Part shown: positions 8,627 through 16,292 of the stretch, piece by piece
Numbering within the stretch: the stretch's first letter is position 1
Layout: each line of letters opens with the position of its first letter
Made by a program: the position numbers and the translations under genes
Notes under the pieces: generated by a model
Seen by the model: the letters and a program-made list of their open reading frames with translations, nothing else
Database searches by the model: none
What the model was told of the DNA's origin: nothing
DNA from: Ignavibacteria bacterium
Lineage (GTDB): Bacteria; Bacteroidota; Ignavibacteria; Tepidaquicellales; Tepidaquicellaceae
Direction of reading: 5' to 3'
DNA: 64,000 nt
NCBI GenBank assembly: GCA_016716125.1
Contig: JADJWZ010000020.1
Coordinates: 7,955-71,954 of the forward strand

Positions 8627-11050
8627 ATGAAATACATTATAATACCGGTTACGTTTTTTATTATGACAGTAATTCTTATGTCAGCGGAATTTGAGAATGA
8701 CGCTCACGTGAACAGGGACGTCAATCCGCTGGAAACTTACTGCGAAGTAAATATTAAGCTCACATCTGCAGGTGATATAGATCTCCTGCAAAGAAATGAC
8801 ATAACCGTCGAACATTATCACGGAAATATTTCCGAAGGTATCACGCTTGTGATAAATTACGCTGAACTGGAAAGATTAAAATCTACAGGTCTGAGATATG
8901 ATATTACCGTAAGCGATATGGGCAGGCAATTTACTGACATTAAAAGTCCGTCACCATTTGAACTTCAAAAAAGTTTTGAAACGCTTGCTAAAGATAATGT
9001 AAGCGGATTTTCATTCGGGAGCATGGGGGGATTTTATACATTCAATGAGGTAGTTCAAAAGCTTGACTCGATGCGGCTTGTTTATCCGAATCTCATTTCA
9101 TCAAAACAGATACTCGGCTTATCAGTTGAGAACCGCGAGATCTGGGCGGTGAAAATTTCCGATAATCCCGGTGTAAATGAATCCTCTACCGAGCCGGCTG
9201 TTTATTTCGATGCGCTTCATCACGCACGCGAACCGCAGGCAATGGCATCGGCTATGTATTTTATGTATTACCTTCTTGAAAATTACGGAACGGATCCGGA
9301 AGTAACATACCTTTTAAATAACCGCGAAATATTTTTTGTTCCTGTTGTAAATCCTGACGGATACGTTTACAATCAGACTACAAATCCGAACGGCGGCGGC
9401 AGCTGGAGAAAGAACAGAAGGAATAACGGCGGCGCGTGTTTCGGTGTCGATCTCAACAGAAATTATCCATACGGCTGGGGAGTCAGCAGCGGCTCGAGCA
9501 ATGATCCGTGTTCGGAAACTTACAGAGGAACTTCGGCAGGCTCTGAGCCGGAAGCTCAGGCGATAATAAATTTCACACAGCAGATCAGACCGAAGATCGC
9601 TTTCTCAATGCATTCTGTCGCGGGAAGATATCTGAATCCTTACGGTTACAATGACTCAGCAATAAAGTATGAAGTATATTCTGAATTCTCTTCAGATTTT
9701 GCAGCGTCAAATAATTATACATACGGCACCGTATATGAAATGCTCAACTATTATTCCAGCGGAACTACGAGGGATTATCTTCATTCGACGGGAACATACG
9801 CATGGACTCCCGAAGTAGGAGGCACAGGTTTCTGGAATAATCAGTCGCAGATAATTCCCGTCGCTTCGGAAAATGTATATGCACTAAAATATCTTTCATG
9901 GGTCGCGGGCGCATTTACGGACTTCAGAAATTATACTGTACTTGGCAACGGATATGTTCAGAAGAATGATACATTGAATCTTGAGATAGGATTAAGAAAC
10001 CGCGGACTTTCCCAAACCGCTAAGAACGTGACTATAGAAGTATCGACTGATTATCCCGAAGCCGCAGCAATAAATACAAATATAAATTACGACAGTATTC
10101 CTTCAGGACAGTCAAAAACCAATTCACTGAATCCGGTAAAGTTCAGACTTACTTCAGATGCGGATTATATGGATGAAATGAAATTTTTCGTATCTGTAAA
10201 ACAGGAAGGCGTTGTAACTTCGCTTGATACAATAAGGATCACAGTCGGAAAGACGGAAGTTTTATTTTCCGATAACGCGGAAAACGGCAGGTCGCGCTGG
10301 ATCACAGCCGGATCAGGCACAGCGTGGGATACGACATTTATAGATCCCGTATCCGGCGATAAAAATTTTGCCGATTCGCGTTACGGTAATTCAAGAAATA
10401 CTACTAACAATACGTTCACATTGTCCGACACTATTAATCTCATAAACGCCAACAATCCGAGAATTGAATTCACAGCTAAGTGGGCTGAAGAAGAAACATT
10501 TGATTATTCAAGAATACAGGTCAGTACAAATTTCGGAAGCTCGTGGACAAGTCTGGCGGGAAGGCATACAAGGATTGTTTCAGGGCAGCCGTCATACACG
10601 GACATAAAGCACTGGCGCAGCGAGCAGATCAATCTGAATCCTTATATCGGCAGGATGATCAGAATCCGGTTTACACATTTCACTGACGGCGGCGTTCCGG
10701 GTGACGGATTTTATTTTGACAATTTCAGAGTAGTGAATTACAAAGACGTTCCGACCTCTGTAAGTCTGATCAGTTCTTCAGTTCCGGCGGAATACAAACT
10801 TTCGCAGAATTTTCCTAATCCGTTTAATCCGAATACAGTCATACAGTATCAGATACCCGTTAAAGGATTGGTAACGCTAAAAGTATTTGATGTGCTTGGG
10901 AATGAAGTTGCCGAACTGCTGAACGGTAATCAGGAAGCGGGAAGTTACGAAGCGGAGTTTGACGGCAGCGGGTTTGGGAGCGGGATTTATTTTTACACAT
11001 TAAAAACGGATGGATATACTGCTTCGAAGAAAATGCTTCTTATAAAATAA
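8627..11050 (+). CDS. M14-family zinc carboxypeptidase with T9SS C-terminal sorting domain
   Basis: 807 aa. Zinc motif HHAREPQ (HxxE) and downstream SMHS histidine. NRNYPYGWG segment. C-terminus QNFPNPFNPNTVIQYQI...GIYFYTL...MLLIK. Confidence 0.9.
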   Translation: MKYIIIPVTFFIMTVILMSAEFENDAHVNRDVNPLETYCEVNIKLTSAGDIDLLQRNDITVEHYHGNISEGITLVINYAELERLKSTGLRYDITVSDMGRQFTDIKSPSPFELQKSFETLAKDNVSGFSFGSMGGFYTFNEVVQKLDSMRLVYPNLISSKQILGLSVENREIWAVKISDNPGVNESSTEPAVYFDALHHAREPQAMASAMYFMYYLLENYGTDPEVTYLLNNREIFFVPVVNPDGYVYNQTTNPNGGGSWRKNRRNNGGACFGVDLNRNYPYGWGVSSGSSNDPCSETYRGTSAGSEPEAQAIINFTQQIRPKIAFSMHSVAGRYLNPYGYNDSAIKYEVYSEFSSDFAASNNYTYGTVYEMLNYYSSGTTRDYLHSTGTYAWTPEVGGTGFWNNQSQIIPVASENVYALKYLSWVAGAFTDFRNYTVLGNGYVQKNDTLNLEIGLRNRGLSQTAKNVTIEVSTDYPEAAAINTNINYDSIPSGQSKTNSLNPVKFRLTSDADYMDEMKFFVSVKQEGVVTSLDTIRITVGKTEVLFSDNAENGRSRWITAGSGTAWDTTFIDPVSGDKNFADSRYGNSRNTTNNTFTLSDTINLINANNPRIEFTAKWAEEETFDYSRIQVSTNFGSSWTSLAGRHTRIVSGQPSYTDIKHWRSEQINLNPYIGRMIRIRFTHFTDGGVPGDGFYFDNFRVVNYKDVPTSVSLISSSVPAEYKLSQNFPNPFNPNTVIQYQIPVKGLVTLKVFDVLGNEVAELLNGNQEAGSYEAEFDGSGFGSGIYFYTLKTDGYTASKKMLLIK

Positions 11051-11082
11051 GTTTCAAGTTACGAGTTTCAAGTTACGGGTTT
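11051..11082 (+). repeat. heptanucleotide array (GTTTCAA/GTTACGA alternating)
   Basis: Starts at the first base after the TAA stop of 8627..11050. Contains gtttcaagttacga twice, then gttt. Confidence 0.85.
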
Positions 11083-11090
11083 TTAAAAAT

Positions 11091-11127
11091 GTCATTCCCG
11101 CGTGCTTCCGGCAGGAATCCAATCAGG
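11091..11127. repeat. REP-like hairpin element (gtcattccYgcg...ggcaggaatcc)
   Basis: gtcattcccgcgtgcttccggcaggaatccaatcagg. Related copies at 13924..13957 and 62072..62103. Confidence 0.8.
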
Positions 11128-11130
11128 AAC

Positions 11131-11179
11131 GAGTTACAAGTTACGATTTTCAAAATACGAGTTTCAAGTTACGAGTTAT
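11131..11179 (+). repeat. heptanucleotide array (7 units, period 7)
   Basis: Units are gagttac aagttac gattttc aaaatac gagtttc aagttac gagttat. Confidence 0.8.
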
Positions 11180-11244
11180 TTAAATTAATCAGTGTAATCT
11201 TTTTTTTTATTAAATAAAACTATTTATTAATTTATAAAAAAAAA

Positions 11245-11499
11245 ATGAAACCTAATAAAAGACTAAGAGATGCATTCTTCGAAGTCGTTGACAATCAAAT
11301 TAAAGCAAATGATCCGCCGGAGACTGCAGAGGCAATGAAAAGACTTAAAGAACAAGGTTATTCAGAGTTTGAAGCAAAACAATTGATTGGACAGTGCATT
11401 GCTCTTGAAACATTTATGATTATGAAACACGGACAGGAACATAATCCGGAAAGATACATAAGGAATCTGAGTAATCTGCCTAAAGAACCGGAAGAATAA
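11245..11499 (+). CDS. small hypothetical protein (84 aa)
   Basis: ATG-initiated ORF with balanced, helix-like composition (DPPETAEAMKRLKEQGYSEFEAKQLIG). No family confidently recognised. Confidence 0.5.
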   Translation: MKPNKRLRDAFFEVVDNQIKANDPPETAEAMKRLKEQGYSEFEAKQLIGQCIALETFMIMKHGQEHNPERYIRNLSNLPKEPEE

Positions 11500-11552
11500 A
11501 TTTCCCAGCTCCAGCTTGGGTTGCTACACAGAGTCCGGACAGTAAGTTTCTG

Positions 11553-11690
11553 TTGTTGGTCACGCTCGCTGCACTCACTAAGACCAACAATGGCGGAGTT
11601 GTTGGTCACGCTCGCTGCACTCACTAAGACCAACAACGGCGGAGTTGTTGGTCACGCTCGCTGCACTCACTAAGACCAACAACGGCGGAG
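11553..11690 (+). repeat. 3 x 46-bp direct tandem repeat, each unit a 9-bp-stem hairpin
   Basis: The unit ttgttggtc-acgctcgctgcactcactaa-gaccaacaa-yggcggag occupies 11553-11598, 11599-11644 and 11645-11690. One substitution (t vs c) separates copy 1 from copies 2 and 3. Confidence 0.95.
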
Positions 11691-11693
11691 TAA

Positions 11694-11721
11694 CGAGTTT
11701 CAAGTTACGAGTTTCAAGTTA
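11694..11721 (+). repeat. heptanucleotide array (4 units)
   Basis: Units are cgagttt caagtta cgagttt caagtta. Ends about 20 nt upstream of the ATG at 11743. Confidence 0.8.
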
Positions 11722-11742
11722 AAATTTATAAAAGTTAATTAA

Positions 11743-13896
11743 ATGATAAGATTAATAATTACATTAATTCTGTGCATTGGTTTTCAGTCAATCTCCTATT
11801 CTCAAAACGGATGGTTTTGGCTAAACCCTCAGCCGCATGGAAGTTCACTGAATTCTGTAATATTTGTTAATGCGCAAACAGGCATAGCAGCAGGAAACAT
11901 GGGAGCAATATTAAGGTCAACTGATGCAGGTGAAAGCTGGAGTTTATATATCTCTAATTTCACTAATGACATATATTCAGTTGCTTATTATGATGAAAAT
12001 AATATTTTCGCAGTAGGATCAGACGGTTTAATAATTAAATCAGTTAATACCGGTCTGGACTGGGAAAGAATATCTATAGGTACAAATGAAGATCTTAGCT
12101 CAGTTTATTTTTATGATTCAAACACAGGATATATAACCGGCAGCAATGGAAAGATATTTAAAACATCGGACGGCGGTAATAACTGGTCAGAGCTGAACTC
12201 AGGAACGACTATTAAACTAAACACCGCGTATTTTATCAATTCCCAGAATGGATTTATCGGCGGTAATGAAATTTTACTAAGAACTACAAACGGCGGCATC
12301 AACTGGACTGCATTGAACCTCAGTACTTACATTAACTCAATTAGTTTTATAAATGATAATACAGGATTCATCGTTGGCGCGAGCAGCAACGGAATAAAAA
12401 GTATCAGGCGCACTTCAAATGGCGGAAATACATGGATAAATGTTTTTGCTCCGGGGACATATACATTTAATGAAATATTTTTTACCAACTCTTCAACCGG
12501 TTATATAGCCGGAAATGAAAATGCATTTCTAAAGACCACAAACAGCGGCGTAAACTGGTTTATAGATAACACTATAAGCAGTCAGGGCTTTGCATTGAGT
12601 TCTGTTTTCTTTCAAAATAATGGTACAGGACTTTTGGCTGGGACTTACGGGACAATTTTTAAATCCACGGATCATGGAAATTTCTGGACTCAGAAATCAC
12701 CTTCGGGTACCTTAGAGGGTTTTCGTTCTGCTGATTTTCCGGATCAAAATACCGGCTATATATTGGGTAATTCCGATAATACCGGTTCTTCAATTTTAAA
12801 GACAACCAATGCCGGATTAAACTGGGTAAATTTTAATACTTCATTTCGTATGTTACGGTTTGATTTCTTAAATGAAATTACGGGATATGCTGTATCCGGT
12901 CGCTTTGAATTTATTAAAACACAAAACGGAGGTCTTAACTGGAATTTACTTAATACACCTATCGATTCAATAGGATTATTTCAATTCGTTGATGCATACA
13001 CAGGTTTTATAAATAAAACATATTTTTCAGGACATGATTTGAATAAAACTACTGACGGCGGTATCTCCTGGTCCTCTTACTCATTTCAGCCTGAATATGT
13101 AACTTACTTTCAGTTTCCTTCTCATGATATCGGATATGTTTTAACCAACTGGACCGCAGATAATTTATATAAAACTACAAATACTGGAGTTAACTGGAAT
13201 TTCGTAAGAAAAATGGATTTTGATACTATTATTCCTAATTTAGGTTCATTATATTTTCTTGATGATAATATCGGATTTATAGCTACATACTATATGTATT
13301 CATTAAATGAAAGGAATAACTATATTTATAAGACCTCAGACGGGGGTTTAAGCTGGCGTCAGGTTTTAGATTTAAATGTCTCCGATCAGGTCGGTTTAGG
13401 TTTTAAATTTTTTAATATCAATACCGGCTACGTTTTAGGATTATATAACAAAGTTTTAAAATCGACTGATCAGGGAGAAAGCTGGAATGAGTTTTTGAAT
13501 CTTGACAGACCGGTAAATGACTTAGATTTTACGGATAATAATACAGGATATATTGTTGGAGCCGGAGGAATGATACTTAAGACAACAACCGGCGGTACAG
13601 TTAGCTTAGAAAATATTTCTTCAGAAATTCCTTCCGGTTTTATTTTAGAGCAAAATTATCCTAATCCGTTTAATCCATCTACAGTTATCAGATATTCATT
13701 GGCTGAAAATGGTTTTATAACTTTGAAGGTGTATGATTTGACGGGAAAAACAGTTGCCGTATTAGTAAATAAAAACCAAAAAACCGGAAGTTATGAGGTT
13801 GACTTCGACGGTTACAATCTTGCAAGCGGCATATATTTTTATAAGCTTGCTGTAAATGATTTTATACAAACCAAAAAAATGGTGCTTTTGAAGTAA
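11743..13896 (+). CDS. T9SS C-terminal sorting domain protein with BNR/Asp-box (Ycf48-like) propeller repeats; paralog A
   Basis: 717 aa. Signal peptide, then SQNGWFW. Many Asp-box-like repeats (STDAGESW, TSDGGNNW, TTNGGINW, and others). C-terminus QNYPNPFNPSTVIRYSL...GIYFYKL...MVLLK. Confidence 0.9.
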   Translation: MIRLIITLILCIGFQSISYSQNGWFWLNPQPHGSSLNSVIFVNAQTGIAAGNMGAILRSTDAGESWSLYISNFTNDIYSVAYYDENNIFAVGSDGLIIKSVNTGLDWERISIGTNEDLSSVYFYDSNTGYITGSNGKIFKTSDGGNNWSELNSGTTIKLNTAYFINSQNGFIGGNEILLRTTNGGINWTALNLSTYINSISFINDNTGFIVGASSNGIKSIRRTSNGGNTWINVFAPGTYTFNEIFFTNSSTGYIAGNENAFLKTTNSGVNWFIDNTISSQGFALSSVFFQNNGTGLLAGTYGTIFKSTDHGNFWTQKSPSGTLEGFRSADFPDQNTGYILGNSDNTGSSILKTTNAGLNWVNFNTSFRMLRFDFLNEITGYAVSGRFEFIKTQNGGLNWNLLNTPIDSIGLFQFVDAYTGFINKTYFSGHDLNKTTDGGISWSSYSFQPEYVTYFQFPSHDIGYVLTNWTADNLYKTTNTGVNWNFVRKMDFDTIIPNLGSLYFLDDNIGFIATYYMYSLNERNNYIYKTSDGGLSWRQVLDLNVSDQVGLGFKFFNINTGYVLGLYNKVLKSTDQGESWNEFLNLDRPVNDLDFTDNNTGYIVGAGGMILKTTTGGTVSLENISSEIPSGFILEQNYPNPFNPSTVIRYSLAENGFITLKVYDLTGKTVAVLVNKNQKTGSYEVDFDGYNLASGIYFYKLAVNDFIQTKKMVLLK

Positions 13897-13914
13897 GTTT
13901 CAAGTTACGAGTTT
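13897..13914 (+). repeat. heptanucleotide array (2.5 units)
   Basis: gtttcaa gttacga gttt, starting at the first base after the TAA stop of paralog A. Confidence 0.75.
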
Positions 13915-13923
13915 ATTAAAACT

Positions 13924-13957
13924 GTCATTCCTGCGTGCTCCTGGCAGGAATCCAATC
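13924..13957. repeat. REP-like hairpin element
   Basis: gtcattcctgcgtgctcctggcaggaatccaatc, with a perfect 8-bp stem attcctgc/gcaggaat. Confidence 0.8.
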
Positions 13958-14033
13958 AACACTTAAATTATAAATTACAAATTACAAAAGACAAATAGCA
14001 ATTAGTGCTTACGGCGGAAATCCAATAAAATAG

Positions 14034-14082
14034 CAAGTTTCAAGTTACGAGTTTCAAGTTACAAGTTTCGAGTTTTAAGTTA
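14034..14082 (+). repeat. heptanucleotide array (7 units)
   Basis: Units are caagttt caagtta cgagttt caagtta caagttt cgagttt taagtta. Ends about 20 nt upstream of the ATG at 14104. Confidence 0.85.
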
Positions 14083-14103
14083 AAATTTATAAAAGTTAGT
14101 TAA

Positions 14104-16173
14104 ATGATAAGAATAATATTTACATTAATTCTGTGCATTGGTTTTCAGTCAATTTCCTATTCTCAAAACGGATGGTTTTGGCAAAACCCCAAGCCGCAGG
14201 GAAATTCACTGAATTCTGTAATATTTGTTAATGCGCAAACATGCATTGCAGCAGGATACTGGGGAACAATATTAAGATCAACTGATGCAGGTGAAAGCTG
14301 GAGTATATATAACTCTAATTTCACTAATGTCATAAATTCAGTTGCTTATACTAATGAAAATAATATTTTCGCTGTAGGATCAGAAGGCTTTGTAATTAAA
14401 TCAGCTAACGCGGGCTTGGACTGGGATAGATTATCTATAGGTACAATTGAAGATCTCAGCTCAGTTTATTTTTATGATTCAAACACAGGATATATAACCG
14501 GCAGCAATGGAAAGCTTTTTAAAACAACGGATGCAGGTAATAACTGGTCAGAGCAGAATTCAGGAACGACTATTAAACTAAACACCGCATATTTTATCAA
14601 TTCACAAAATGGATTTATTGGCGGTAATGATATTTTACTCAGAACTACAAACGGCGGCATCAACTGGACTGCAATGAATCTCAGTACTTACATTAATTCA
14701 ATGAGTTTTATAAATGATAATACAGGATTCATCGTTGGTGGGAGCAGCAACGGATATAAAAGTATCAGGCGAACTTCAAATGGCGGGAATACATGGATAA
14801 ATGTTTTTGCTCCCGGGACATGGCCATTTAATGATATATTTTTTACCAACTCTTCAACCGGTTATATAGCCGGAAATGAAAATGCATTTCTAAAGACCAC
14901 GAACAGCGGCGTAAACTGGTTTATTGATAACACCATAAGCAGTCCGGGCTTTGCATTTAAATCAGTATTCTTTCAAAATAATGGTACGGGACTTTTGGTC
15001 GGATCTTACGGGACAATTTTTAAATCCACGGATCATGGAAATTACTGGACTCTGAAATCACCTTCGGGTACCTTTGAGACTTTACGTTCTGTCGATTTTC
15101 CGGAGCAAAATACCGGATATATAATGGGTAATACCTATATTTCCGGTACTTCATTTTTTAAGACAACCAATGCCGGAATAAACTGGATAAATTTTAATTC
15201 TTCATATCGTATGTTCCGGTTTGATTTCTTAAATGATAATACAGGTTATGCTTTATCCTTTAGCTTCGAACTTCTTAAATCACAAAACGGAGGTCTTACC
15301 TGGAATATAATTAATACACCTAATGATTCAATAGGATTATTTCAATTCGTTGACGCGAACACAGGTTTTATAACTAATAATGTTTATTACGGGGGACATG
15401 ATCTGAATAAAACTACTGACGGCGGTATGACTTGGTCCTCTTATTCATTTCATCCTGATTATGTAAGATACTTTCACTTTCCTGAGCCTGATATTGGCTA
15501 TAGTTTAGCCGGCATTTTTTTTGAATCATCTAATTTATATAAAACTACAAATACAGGAGTTAACTGGAATTTCGTAAGAAAAATGAATTTTGATACTACT
15601 ACGCCTCTTTACCATACATTATATTTTACTGATGAGAATAACGGATATATTGTAACATACTATAGTAGTTCGGAAGGTCTTCGGACTTACTATCTTAATA
15701 AGACGTCCGACGGAGGTTTAAGCTGGCGTTGGGTTTATGAGGATTCTGTTGAACCAAATGACTTTGGTGGACCCACTTTAAAATTTAAATTTATTAATAA
15801 TAATACCGGCTACGTTTTTGGATTTCATAATAAGATTTTGAAATCGACTGATCAGGGAGAAAGCTGGAATGTGTATTTGAATCCGGACAGACCTATATAT
15901 GACATAGATTTTACGGATAATAATACAGGATATATGGTTGGAACCGGAGGAATGATAGTAAAGACAACAAACGGAGGCACTGTTAGAATAGAAAATATTT
16001 CGACTGAAATTCCTACCGGTTTTATATTAGAGCAAAATTATCCTAATCCATTTAATCCATCTACAGTTATCAGATATTCGTTGGCTGAAAATGGATTTAT
16101 AAATTTAAAGGTTTATGATTTGACAGGAAAAACAGTTGCTGTATTAGTAAATGAAAACCAAAAAAACCGGTAG
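14104..16173 (+). CDS. T9SS cargo paralog B (BNR/Asp-box propeller), reading frame broken inside the CTD; remnant of the CTD continues to 16280
   Basis: Collinear with 11743..13896 and mostly identical by eye. Premature TAG at 16171-16173. Downstream out-of-frame sequence still encodes DFDGYNLASGIYFYKLSVNDFTQTKKMVLLK. Confidence 0.85.
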   Translation: MIRIIFTLILCIGFQSISYSQNGWFWQNPKPQGNSLNSVIFVNAQTCIAAGYWGTILRSTDAGESWSIYNSNFTNVINSVAYTNENNIFAVGSEGFVIKSANAGLDWDRLSIGTIEDLSSVYFYDSNTGYITGSNGKLFKTTDAGNNWSEQNSGTTIKLNTAYFINSQNGFIGGNDILLRTTNGGINWTAMNLSTYINSMSFINDNTGFIVGGSSNGYKSIRRTSNGGNTWINVFAPGTWPFNDIFFTNSSTGYIAGNENAFLKTTNSGVNWFIDNTISSPGFAFKSVFFQNNGTGLLVGSYGTIFKSTDHGNYWTLKSPSGTFETLRSVDFPEQNTGYIMGNTYISGTSFFKTTNAGINWINFNSSYRMFRFDFLNDNTGYALSFSFELLKSQNGGLTWNIINTPNDSIGLFQFVDANTGFITNNVYYGGHDLNKTTDGGMTWSSYSFHPDYVRYFHFPEPDIGYSLAGIFFESSNLYKTTNTGVNWNFVRKMNFDTTTPLYHTLYFTDENNGYIVTYYSSSEGLRTYYLNKTSDGGLSWRWVYEDSVEPNDFGGPTLKFKFINNNTGYVFGFHNKILKSTDQGESWNVYLNPDRPIYDIDFTDNNTGYMVGTGGMIVKTTNGGTVRIENISTEIPTGFILEQNYPNPFNPSTVIRYSLAENGFINLKVYDLTGKTVAVLVNENQKNR

Positions 16174-16292
16174 TTATGAGCGTTGACTTCGACGGTTACA
16201 ATCTTGCAAGCGGCATATATTTTTATAAGCTTTCTGTAAATGATTTTACACAAACCAAAAAAATGGTGCTTCTGAAATAAATTTTAAAAATT

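Noticed and set aside
11553-11690. The 46-bp x3 repeat as a CRISPR array
   Set aside because: The units abut directly with no spacers. There are only three copies, and no cas genes or leader are visible anywhere in the window. It is a plain tandem repeat.
12111-12302. Conserved 63-aa antisense ORFs (12111..12302 and 14472..14663) as real overlapping genes
   Set aside because: Their conservation is fully explained by the tandem duplication of the sense-strand gene. Their composition (P/F/L/V-rich) is typical of a frame shadow, with no start context.
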